Below, in pieces: positions 7,843 to 16,077 of a stretch of 64,000 nt of DNA. The stretch comes from Dehalococcoidia bacterium. Its GTDB lineage: Bacteria; Chloroflexota; Dehalococcoidia; UBA2979. How positions within the stretch are numbered: the stretch's first letter is position 1; every line of letters begins with the position of its first letter. The stretch covers positions 2,674,270 to 2,738,269 of the forward strand of contig CBDCPB010000004.1 in the NCBI GenBank assembly GCA_965220125.1, read 5' to 3'. Made by a program: the position numbers and the translations under genes. The notes under the pieces were generated by a model that was not told where the DNA came from, did not search any database, and was given only the letters and a program-made list of their open reading frames with translations.

Positions 7843-9123
7843 ATGCAAGCCGCCCTGGGCCGCGGAGGCGACCTCGTACGCGGCCGGCTGTTCTACGGCT
7901 GGTACATCGCGCTCGCCGGCGCGTTCACCAGCTTCCTCACGTTCGGTGTGGTCGGCTTCGGCTTCGGTGTGTTCATCGAGCCGATCCGCGAGGAGACCGG
8001 CTGGAGTCTGGCCGCGATCTCGGTGGGCTTCTCGCTGCGCAGTTTCGAGCACGGACTGCTCGCCCCCGTCACGGGCGCGCTCGTCGACCGGCTCGGAGCG
8101 CGCAGGATGGCGCTCAGCGGCGTGCTGATCGTCGGCATCGGGCTCGTGCTCTTCTCCCAGGCCCGCGTCCTCTGGGTCTACTACCTCGCGAGCCTCGTGA
8201 TCGCCTCCGGGGAGAGCCTCGGCTCCTCGACAGCGTACTCGGCGTCGCTGATGCGCTGGTTCGACCAGAAGCGAGGCCAGGCGCTCGGGCTGCTCGCCTC
8301 CGCGCGCGGGGCCGGCTACTTCATGGTGCCGGCGCTGGCAGTGCTGATCGGCGCGTTCGGCTGGCGGCCGACCCTGCTGGTCGCCGCGTTCGTCATCGTC
8401 GGCGTCGGGCTGCCGCTCTCGCTGGTGCTGCGCAACCGCCCAGAGCCGTACGGCTACCGCCCGGACGGAGAGCCGGCTCCGGCAACCCCGGCTGCCTCGC
8501 AGGCCGCAAGCTCGCTGGGCGACGGGATGACGGTCGCCGAGGCGCTGCACACGCCGGCCTTCTACCTGCTCGGGGGCGCCACCGCGATTGGCGCTGCGAC
8601 GCAGATCAGCTGGATCGTGCACCAGGTTCCGCACCTCCAGAACGTCGGCTTCTCGCTGCAGGGCGCGGCCCTGATTACCGGCGCCTACGGGCTGTTCCAG
8701 GTTCCCCTGCGCTTCATCTGCGGCTGGCTCGGCGACATCGTCGGCCGTCGCCGGCTCTACGTGATCTCCTACCTCCTGCAATGCGTCGGGATGCTGATCT
8801 TCGCGTCGCTCTCCTCCTCGCGGCTCTGGCTGCTGCCGCTCTACTTCCTCACCTACCCGTTCGCGCACGCGGCCTGGGTGGCGATGTTCATGACGCTGGT
8901 GGCCGACTACTTCGGGACGCGCTATTTCGCCACGATCCGCGGGCTGACCTCGACGCTGATGATGCCGCTCGGCTTCGCCGGGCCGGTCGTCGCCGGCTGG
9001 GCGTTCGACCAGACGGGGAGCTACCGCCTGGTGTTCACCTGCTACGCGCTGTTCACCCTCAGCGGTGCGATCTTCCTGCTGCTGATCCGGCGACCCACCT
9101 GGGCTCAGCTCGCCTCGCGCTGA
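7843..9123 (+). CDS. MFS transporter (oxalate/formate-antiporter-like subfamily)
   Basis: 426-aa hydrophobic ORF with GGAGG upstream of ATG 7843. N-terminus reads WYIALAGAFTSFLTFGVVGFGFGVFIEPIREETGWSLAAISVGFSL. Confidence 0.85.
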   Translation: MQAALGRGGDLVRGRLFYGWYIALAGAFTSFLTFGVVGFGFGVFIEPIREETGWSLAAISVGFSLRSFEHGLLAPVTGALVDRLGARRMALSGVLIVGIGLVLFSQARVLWVYYLASLVIASGESLGSSTAYSASLMRWFDQKRGQALGLLASARGAGYFMVPALAVLIGAFGWRPTLLVAAFVIVGVGLPLSLVLRNRPEPYGYRPDGEPAPATPAASQAASSLGDGMTVAEALHTPAFYLLGGATAIGAATQISWIVHQVPHLQNVGFSLQGAALITGAYGLFQVPLRFICGWLGDIVGRRRLYVISYLLQCVGMLIFASLSSSRLWLLPLYFLTYPFAHAAWVAMFMTLVADYFGTRYFATIRGLTSTLMMPLGFAGPVVAGWAFDQTGSYRLVFTCYALFTLSGAIFLLLIRRPTWAQLASR

Positions 9124-9141
9124 TCGCGAACTCGCGCGATC
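9122..9141. terminator. short hairpin between convergent MFS and lyase genes
   Basis: GATCGCG (9122..9128) pairs with CGCGATC (9135..9141) around a 6-nt loop, inside the 27-nt gap between the two stop codons. Confidence 0.3.
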
Positions 9142-9150
9142 GAGGACCGC

Positions 9151-10524
9151 TCAGTCCGCGGCCAGCGCCTCGCGCAGCTCCGCCGCCACGCGCAGGGCGC
9201 GCGCAGCCTGCTCCGAGGCCTGGCGTGCGCTGTCGCCCGTGTAGCGCGTGGGATCGAGCATCTCCGCCAGGCGCTCCGCGCCGAGGCGCGCGGCGATCTC
9301 CTCGTCTCTCGCGAGCAGCGAGGCGAACGCCTCCCCGCTGGTGGCGGCTTCCTGCGCCGCCTCGTAGACGGCGTCGTGCGCGCGCTGCCGCCCGATCTCG
9401 CGCCCCAGCGCCAGCATGAGACTCTCCGACATGATCAGCCCGCCCGAGAGATCGAGGTTGCGCCGCATCCGCTCCGGGAAGACGCGCAGTCCCGCCGCCA
9501 CGTCGAGCAGGCGCACGAGGATGTCGCCGCTCAGTTCGAGCGCACGGCGCAGCGCGCGGTCGATCATCATCGAGCGGCTGCCGTCGGCCTCGTGATCGCC
9601 GAGCATCGCCTCGATCGCGAGCGGGACGAGCGATCGCAGCTCGGTCTCGTCCGCGATGATGTCCTGGCAGAGCTTCGGATTGCGCTTCTGGGGCATCGTG
9701 CTGCTGCCGACGGTGCCGGGCGAGACGGGCTCCTCGACCTCCGCGAACTCCTCCGACATGAGCGTGCGCACCTCGCGTGCGGCCTTGCCGCAGCTCGTGC
9801 CGAGCAGCGCGAGCGCGAGGACGTACTCCGTCATGTGGTCGTAGCTGGTGCGGCCGGGCAGCGGCATCGAGCCGAGCCCCAGCAGCTCGCCCATGCGGCG
9901 CTGCAGCGCGGGGCCGTGGCCCTCGAACGACGCGGCCGTGCCCGCGCCGCCGCCGAGCATCGCGACGAAGAGTCGCGGCTCGATCTGCCGTAGCCGCTCC
10001 GTGTGCCGGCACAGCTCGTCGATCCACACGGCGACCTTCGCGCCGAAGGTCGCCGGCACCGCGTGCTGGCCGTGCGTGCGGCCGGCGATCGCGTCGTCCT
10101 TCGTACGCTCGGCGAGGTCGGCGAACGCCTCGAGCAAGCCCGCGATCTCCGCGAGCACGATGCGGTGGGCCTTGCGGACCTGCAGCAGCAAGCCCGTCTG
10201 GGTGATGTTCTGCGTGGTCGCGCCCCAGTGCACGTAGCCCCCGGCGTCACCTTCGCAGAGCCGGTCGAGCTCCCAGACCAGCGGGACGAGGCCGTGCCCG
10301 GTCACGCGCAGCCCCTCGGTCACGCGATCGAGGTCGAACAGCTCGAGCCGCGCCTTGCGCTCGATCTCCGTCGCGGCCGAGGCGGGAATCATGCCGATCT
10401 CGGCCTGCGCCCGGGCCAGCGCGACCTCGACGTCGAGCCACGCCTGCCAGCGCGCGTCGCGCGCGAGGAGCTGCCGGATGCCGGGGTCGCGGACGCGCAG
10501 CGCGCTCGGTCGTTCTCCGCTCAT
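9151..10524 (-). CDS. fumarase/aspartase-superfamily lyase (adenylosuccinate lyase / 3-carboxymuconate cycloisomerase-like)
   Basis: ORF 9151..10638 trimmed to ATG 10524 (GAGGAG upstream). Signature GSSTMPQKRNP is present, plus TQNITQT and GRTHGQHAVPATFG. Confidence 0.88.
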   Translation of the reverse strand: MSGERPSALRVRDPGIRQLLARDARWQAWLDVEVALARAQAEIGMIPASAATEIERKARLELFDLDRVTEGLRVTGHGLVPLVWELDRLCEGDAGGYVHWGATTQNITQTGLLLQVRKAHRIVLAEIAGLLEAFADLAERTKDDAIAGRTHGQHAVPATFGAKVAVWIDELCRHTERLRQIEPRLFVAMLGGGAGTAASFEGHGPALQRRMGELLGLGSMPLPGRTSYDHMTEYVLALALLGTSCGKAAREVRTLMSEEFAEVEEPVSPGTVGSSTMPQKRNPKLCQDIIADETELRSLVPLAIEAMLGDHEADGSRSMMIDRALRRALELSGDILVRLLDVAAGLRVFPERMRRNLDLSGGLIMSESLMLALGREIGRQRAHDAVYEAAQEAATSGEAFASLLARDEEIAARLGAERLAEMLDPTRYTGDSARQASEQAARALRVAAELREALAAD

Positions 10525-10781
10525 CGTGTGCTCCTCGGCGCGCGCCGATGCTACGCGATCGGCGCTGCGCGTTCGGCGAGCCCGTCCGGTCCGAGGCATG
10601 ACGGCGGGTATGCGGCCGCTGCAGCCCGGCACGTCCACGGCCTGACGCCCCGCCGAAGCGGGCCTGCGTCGCCGGATCGCGCGCCCCCCGCTCGCCGGGC
10701 AGGCTCACCGCGCAACGAGTAGGATCGGGCGGCGCCGCGCCTGACTCGTAGCGCACGACCAGCCTCGAAGGAGCCGGAGCC

Positions 10782-12524
10782 ATGACGAACAGCAACGAGG
10801 GAGGCCGCTACCGGGTGGTCTGGCCGCGCAGCGCGAGGCAACTCCAGCCTCAGCCGCTCGCGCCACGGCTGGACACGCTGGCCGGCAAGACGGTCGCCCA
10901 GCTCTGGGACTACGTCTACCGCGGCGACGAGATCTTCGACCTGCTGGAGCCACAGCTCGAGGCGCGCTACCCCGGGGTCCGCTTCGTGAGCTGGCGCGAG
11001 TTCGGCTCCACGCACGGCTCCGAGGAGCGCGAGATTCTCGCCTCGCTGCCGCAGCGCTTCAAGGAGATGGGGGTCGACGCCGTCATCTCCGGGATGGGCT
11101 GCTGAGGGAGCTGCACGCCCGCCGTGATGCGGGCAAGTGCGGCGTGCGAGTTCGCGGGCGTCCCCACCTCGTCGCTCGTCTGCGAGGGGTTCATCGGCCA
11201 GGCCGGCACCACCTCGGAGGGCCTCGGACTGCCGAACCTGCCGCTCGCGCTGGTGCCGGGGCATGTCGGCAACCAGAGCGAGCAGGAGATGGAGCGCAAC
11301 GTCCGCGAGGTGACGCTGGACGCGGTCGTCGCGAATCTGCTCGAGGCGCCCGCGGACGCACCGGCCGTCGCCGAGCCCTCGCCGCGCGAGATCGTCTTCG
11401 ACGGCACGTTCGAGGAGGTCAACCGCTACTTCTACGAGTGCGAGTGGAGCGACGGGCTGCCGGTCGTGCCGCCGACCGTCGAGAAGGTCGCGGAGTTCCT
11501 CGGCTTCACCGATCGCGACCCCGACGAGATGATCGGCGTGATCCTGCCCGACAACCGCGCGGTCACCGTCTGGAGCGTCGCGGTCAACGGCGTGATGGCG
11601 GGCTGCCGGCCCGAGTACATGCCGGTGCTGCTCGCCCTCGCCGAGGCGATGGCCGATCCCGAGTACGGCGTGGAGCACAGCGGCAACACGCCGGGCGCCG
11701 AGACGCTGATCACGATCAACGGACCGATCGCGAGGGAGCTCGGCTTCAACTTCGAGCAGGGCGTCCTGCGCGACGGCTTCATCGCGAACACCTCGATCGG
11801 CCGCTTCTGGCGGCTCTACCTGCGCAACGTCGCCGGTTTCCTGCTGCACAAGAACGACAAGGGGACCTTCGGCAACACCTGGCGCGTGGTGCTGGCCGAG
11901 AACGAGGACGTGCTCGCCGAGATCGGCTGGCCGCCCACCAGCGTCGAGATGGGCTTCGAGGCGGGCGACAACACCGTCACCATCGCGCGCTACACCGGCG
12001 GCGACATGATGGCCTCGGTCTACGGCGATACGCCGGAGCTTGTCCTGCCGTACATCGCCGACGCGGTGCTGAAGCAGAACACCTGGCAGCTGATCTTCAC
12101 CGTCGGCAAGTCGATGGGCTCGCTGCGCCCGCTGCTGGTGCTGAGCCCGATCCTGGCGCAGACGATCGCGAAGGCCGGGTGGAGCAAGCAGGACGTCAAG
12201 CAGTACCTCTTCGACCACGCGCGGCTGCCCGCCTGGGAGTTCGAGCGCTACCTCGGCGACTGGACCGATCACGTGATCCGGTCGCTGGAGTCCGAGGTCA
12301 ACCTCGGCAGGATCCCGAGGGTGTTCCTCGAATCGGATGATCCGAACCGGCTCGTGCCGATCGTGTTCGAGCCCGACGACTTCATGATCGGGGTCGCCGG
12401 CGACCCGCTGCGCAACAACGCCTGCACCTTCGCGCACAACGGCAGGCTCGGCTACCCGGTGGCGAAGCAGATCCGTCTGCCCGCCGATTGGGAGACGCGG
12501 CTCGCCGGCGCGCAAACGGGCTGA
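10782..12524 (+). CDS. candidate selenoprotein: N-terminal domain with a C-U-G-S-C motif (UGA 11103..11105 read as Sec) fused to a ~470-residue domain of unknown family
   Basis: Track ORFs 10782..11105 and 11124..12524 share one frame and are separated only by TGA 11103..11105. AAGGAG precedes ATG 10782. Read through, the peptide is ...DAVISGMGC-U-GSCTPAVMRASAAC.... A SECIS-like hairpin follows the UGA. The alternative is two coupled genes, restarting at GTG 11124. Confidence 0.6.
11110..11143 (+). promoter_or_regulatory. SECIS-like stem-loop immediately 3' of the in-frame UGA
   Basis: GCU-GCAC-GCCCGC-[CGUGAU]-GCGGGC-AA-GUGC-GGC. 11117..11122 pairs with 11129..11134. 11113..11116 pairs with 11137..11140. 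11110..11112 pairs with 11141..11143 (one G.U). There is an AA bulge at 11135..11136. Pairing checked by hand. Confidence 0.55.
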
Positions 12525-12538
12525 CGGGACGGTCCGGG

Positions 12539-13462
12539 ATGGTGCGCCGCCGCGGCAGGTACGACGTCCTCGTGATCGGCGCTGGCGTCAGCGGCCTCAC
12601 GGCCGCGCACCACGCCGTCCGCTACGGCCTCAGCACCGCCTTGATCGAGGGCGAGCCGCTGTTCGGCGGGCAGATCGTGAACGTCGATCAACTCGACGGC
12701 TATCCGGCCGACGGCGAGCTCTCCGGCGTGTCGCTCGCCGTCGGCCTCTTCGAGGGGTGCCGCTCGCTTGGCGTCTCGATCATCCAGGCCCCGGTCGAGG
12801 CGCTCTCGGTCGAGGACGGAGGGCATCTCGCGATCGCGGGCGGCGAGCGGCATCGCGCGCGGGCGGTGGTCGTGGCCTCGGGCGCACGGCTCAAGCGGCT
12901 GGGCGTGCCCGGGGAACGCGAGTTGATCGACCGGGGCGTCTCGCAGTGCGCCTCGTGCGACGCGCCGCTGTTCCGCGACCAGGACGTCGCCGTGATCGGA
13001 GGCGGGGACGCGGCGGCGCAGGAGGCGCTCGTTCTGGCCGGCTTCTGCCGCAGGGTCTACGTCGTCGCCCGCAGCTCGCTCAGGGCGAAGGCGGACTACG
13101 TCAACCGGCTCTCGAGGCTCGACAACGTCGAGTTCGTCTGGGGCTGCGAGGTCGACGAAGTCCTCGGAAGCGGCCAGGTCGAGGGCGTGCGATTGCGCGG
13201 CGTCGGGGACGGCAGCGTCTCGGAGTTGGCCTGCACGGCCGTCTTCCCGTTCATCGGCTCCACCCCGAACAGCGAGTTCCTGCCGCCCGAGCTGGAGCGC
13301 GAGGACGGCTACATCGTCACCGACACGGCGTTCGCGACCTCGCTGCCGGGTGTCTTCGCCGCCGGCGCCGTGAGGCGCGGCTACGGCGGCCATGTCGCCG
13401 AGGCAGTCGGCGAGGCCGTCTCCGCGGCGAGCGCCGCTGTCCGCTACGTTCGAGGCGAGTGA
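12539..13462 (+). CDS. low-molecular-weight thioredoxin-reductase-like flavoprotein disulfide reductase
   Basis: ORF 12488..13462 trimmed to ATG 12539. FAD motif DVLVIGAGVSG, redox-active C-A-S-C (VSQCASCDAPLF; TrxB has CATC), NAD(P)H motif VAVIGGGDAAAQEA, and C-terminal GVFAAGAV. Confidence 0.85.
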   Translation: MVRRRGRYDVLVIGAGVSGLTAAHHAVRYGLSTALIEGEPLFGGQIVNVDQLDGYPADGELSGVSLAVGLFEGCRSLGVSIIQAPVEALSVEDGGHLAIAGGERHRARAVVVASGARLKRLGVPGERELIDRGVSQCASCDAPLFRDQDVAVIGGGDAAAQEALVLAGFCRRVYVVARSSLRAKADYVNRLSRLDNVEFVWGCEVDEVLGSGQVEGVRLRGVGDGSVSELACTAVFPFIGSTPNSEFLPPELEREDGYIVTDTAFATSLPGVFAAGAVRRGYGGHVAEAVGEAVSAASAAVRYVRGE

Positions 13463-13499
13463 TCGGCGGAGCCGGAGCGAGCTACCGCGAGCACGGGGC

Positions 13500-14441
13500 T
13501 CAGTAGCCCTCCTCGATGTCCACGACCCCTTCGAGCGGTTCGCCCGCCAGGTAGTGGCGCAGATTCGCGATGAAGATATCGACGATCCGATCGCGCCCCG
13601 CCGGCATGCTCCATGAGAGGTGGGGGGTGATCCGCGCGCGCGGGTGCGAGTAGAGCCAGTGCCCGGCCGGCAGCGGCTCCGGCTCGACCGTATCGAGCGA
13701 GGCCATCGCGACGCGCCCGTCATCGAGCGCCTCGCGCAGTGCCTCCTGGTCGACCAGCGTCCCGCGCGCGACGTTGACCAGGTGCACGCCCGGCTTCAGC
13801 TGCGCGAGGGCGGCTCGGTCGATCAGGTGGTGGGTGGCGGCGGTCGCCGGGGCGGCGAGCACGAGGTGGTCCGCCTCCCGCAGCAACTCACCGAGGTCGC
13901 TTGCCAACTCGACGCCTGGCGCCTCGCTCGGCCGCGGGCGGCGGCGCAGGGCGAGCACCCGCATCCCGAAGGGCAGCGCCCGCTCGGCGAGGGCGGCGCC
14001 GATGCCGCCCAGCCCCACCAGTCCCAGCGTCTTTCCGGACAGCGTCCCGAGCCCCGGGTCGACGCGTCGATCGGGTCGCTCGTGGATCCACGTCTGCGGC
14101 AGCCGCTTCTCGAAGGCGAGCATCGTGGCCATCACCCACTCGGCGATCGGCACGCCGCTCGCGCCGCGTGAGCAGCTGAGGGTCTGACCGTCATCGAGCA
14201 GCTCGATCGGGAACTCGTCGACGCCGGTGCCGTAGATGTGGATCCAGCGAACGCCGCTGCGCAGCGCCTCCTCCATGATCGGCACGCTGCGCGCGCCCAC
14301 CAGCAGCACCTCGCCGTCGGCGTCCTCCGGGAACGGGCCACGCGCCGGGATGTGGATCAGCTCGACGCCCTCGACCTCGCGCGTCACGCGTTCGGTCATC
14401 TCGGGTGGCATCCATGTCAGCACGCGGAGGGGAGCGCTCAC
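13500..14441 (-). CDS. D-isomer-specific 2-hydroxyacid dehydrogenase family, NAD-binding
   Basis: 313-aa ORF with a GTG start and AAGGAG upstream. Contains GKTLGLVGLGGIGAALA, LVNVARGTLVD and ITPHLS. Confidence 0.88.
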   Translation of the reverse strand: MSAPLRVLTWMPPEMTERVTREVEGVELIHIPARGPFPEDADGEVLLVGARSVPIMEEALRSGVRWIHIYGTGVDEFPIELLDDGQTLSCSRGASGVPIAEWVMATMLAFEKRLPQTWIHERPDRRVDPGLGTLSGKTLGLVGLGGIGAALAERALPFGMRVLALRRRPRPSEAPGVELASDLGELLREADHLVLAAPATAATHHLIDRAALAQLKPGVHLVNVARGTLVDQEALREALDDGRVAMASLDTVEPEPLPAGHWLYSHPRARITPHLSWSMPAGRDRIVDIFIANLRHYLAGEPLEGVVDIEEGY

Positions 14442-14572
14442 GCGTCACGACTCCTTCGTACGCTGCCGACGCGTTTCGCCCCGGCATGGCGAGCGCGATC
14501 ATAGCGCGTCGCGCGGCGGGTTCGTCGCCGGCCGCATTCGAGAGAGGCGACCAACGGGAGATCGAGGGTTTC

Positions 14573-14600
14573 TTGACAATCCGGTGCCCCGACCTATAGT
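14573..14600 (+). promoter_or_regulatory. sigma-70-like promoter candidate (TTGACA-N16-TATAGT) with a ~150-nt leader before the amidohydrolase/ABC operon
   Basis: TTGACA at 14573..14578 and TATAGT at 14595..14600, in a locally AT-richer intergenic region. Confidence 0.45.
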
Positions 14601-14754
14601 CAACAGCAGTGATATAGCGAGGGTGATAGGGCGAAGGGGGAACGCCCGCTCCGATCACCAACGGTCATCCCAGACCCCGTGGACCGGCGTTCCCGGTCCG
14701 GCGCGTTCGCGAGGCTACGCCCTCCCCCGGTCAGCGCCTCGTGTTGGAGGCAGC

Positions 14755-15966
14755 ATGATCACGGACGAGATCAAGGTCATCGACGTTGACACGCACGTAA
14801 CGGAGCCGTACGACCTCTTCACGTCGCGCGTCTCGACGAAGAAGTGGGGCGACATGGTGCCCCACGTTCGCAACATCCCCTGGGAGACGGCGAGGCACTG
14901 GGATCCGAGCGCGGACCCGGAGATGCCGCGTGACATCTGGATCCTCAACGGACAGCCCTCGTCGCCGATCGGCATCACGGCGATGGCCGGCTGGCGCGAG
15001 TGGCCTCCGGCCCACCCGTCGACCCTCGAGGACTTCGACCCCGGCTCCTACGACTCGACGAAGCGCCTGGAGCGCATGGACGAGTACGGGATGTACGCCC
15101 ACATCATCTACCCGAACGTGGCGGGCTTCGGGAATCAGAACTTCCTCAAGCTTGAGGACCCCGAGCTCATGCTCGCCTGCGTCCGCGCCTACAACGACTT
15201 CCTGCACGAGTGGTCCGCCGTCGATCCGAAGCGGCTGCTGCCGATCATGGCCGTCCCCTTCTGGGACATTGATGCGACGGTCGAGGAGATCAACCGCTGC
15301 TTCAAGCTCGGCCACAAGGGCGTGCTGTTCCCGCAGCAGCCGCACCTCTTCGGCGATTCGCCGATGCTGGCCGACCCGCACTGGAACCCCGTGTGGCACA
15401 CGGCCGAGGACCTGGGCCTGAGCATCAACTTCCACATCGGCTCCGGTAACCCGGTCGAGGTGCACGGCGGCTTTGCCGGCAACGGCTCGCAGGCGAACTA
15501 CTCCGCGGGCACCGTGCGCTTCTTCATGGACAACATGAACGGCATCATGGAGATCCTGATCTCCGGCATCTGCCACCGCCACCCCAACCTCAACTTCGTC
15601 TCCGTCGAGAGCGGCATCGGCTGGGTTCCCTACGTCCTCGAGGCGCTGGACTGGCAGTGGATGAACGCGGGCGCCCGCGAGGAGCACCCGGAGATGGAGT
15701 TGCTGCCCAGCGAGTACTTCAAGCGCCAGGTCTATGCCTGCTTCTGGTTCGAGCGTGACATCGCGCTCCGGACCATCGACCTGCTGCCCGACAACGTGCT
15801 CTACGAGACGGATTTCCCGCATCCCACGAGCATGTCGCCGGGTCCGGCATCGATCGCGGACGTGCCGAAGGACTTCATCGAGCGGAACCTCAGCTCGCTG
15901 CCGAGGGAGACGCTCGAGAAGGTCCTCCACGACAACGCGGCGCGCGTGTACCACCTCGACTACTAG
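14755..15966 (+). CDS. amidohydrolase_2 family (ACMSD-like metal-dependent hydrolase/decarboxylase)
   Basis: ORF 14236..15966 trimmed to ATG 14755 (GGAGG upstream). Contains IDVDTHVTEP, HKGVLFP, SINFHIG and ETDFPHP. Confidence 0.88.
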   Translation: MITDEIKVIDVDTHVTEPYDLFTSRVSTKKWGDMVPHVRNIPWETARHWDPSADPEMPRDIWILNGQPSSPIGITAMAGWREWPPAHPSTLEDFDPGSYDSTKRLERMDEYGMYAHIIYPNVAGFGNQNFLKLEDPELMLACVRAYNDFLHEWSAVDPKRLLPIMAVPFWDIDATVEEINRCFKLGHKGVLFPQQPHLFGDSPMLADPHWNPVWHTAEDLGLSINFHIGSGNPVEVHGGFAGNGSQANYSAGTVRFFMDNMNGIMEILISGICHRHPNLNFVSVESGIGWVPYVLEALDWQWMNAGAREEHPEMELLPSEYFKRQVYACFWFERDIALRTIDLLPDNVLYETDFPHPTSMSPGPASIADVPKDFIERNLSSLPRETLEKVLHDNAARVYHLDY

Positions 15967-16077
15967 CCGGCGAACGCGGGCGGGGCGCGTCCCTTCGCGG
16001 GCGCTCCCCCGCCGCGCGGTGTGCCGGAGGGCCGAACGGAGCAACGCCAGGGATCAGATCCGCAAGGGGGGCATCGG

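Noticed and set aside
7674-9419. 581-aa plus-strand ORF overlapping the MFS transporter in another frame
   Set aside because: The translation is Arg/Pro/Ala-rich and not protein-like. The 7843..9123 frame gives a clean 12-TM-style hydrophobic protein.
10551-12515. 654-aa minus-strand ORF covering the candidate selenoprotein locus
   Set aside because: It has Arg/Ala/Gly/Asp-rich shadow-frame composition and no domain. The plus strand carries clearly protein-like sequence with a good RBS.
11124-12524. Reading 10782..11105 and 11124..12524 as two ordinary genes (GTG restart, with GAGGGAG after the TGA as the SD)
   Set aside because: Not fully excluded, but not preferred. It would leave the G-S-C-T-P-A codons that complete a U/C-x-x-C motif untranslated. 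It would also ignore the strong hairpin directly after the UGA. Kept as the explicit alternative in the findings.
14236-14754. N-terminal 173-codon extension of the amidohydrolase ORF (track ORF 14236..15966)
   Set aside because: The extension runs antisense through the 2-hydroxyacid dehydrogenase gene and across a promoter-like intergenic region. ATG 14755 has a GGAGG and begins the conserved MITDEIKVIDVDTH N-terminus.
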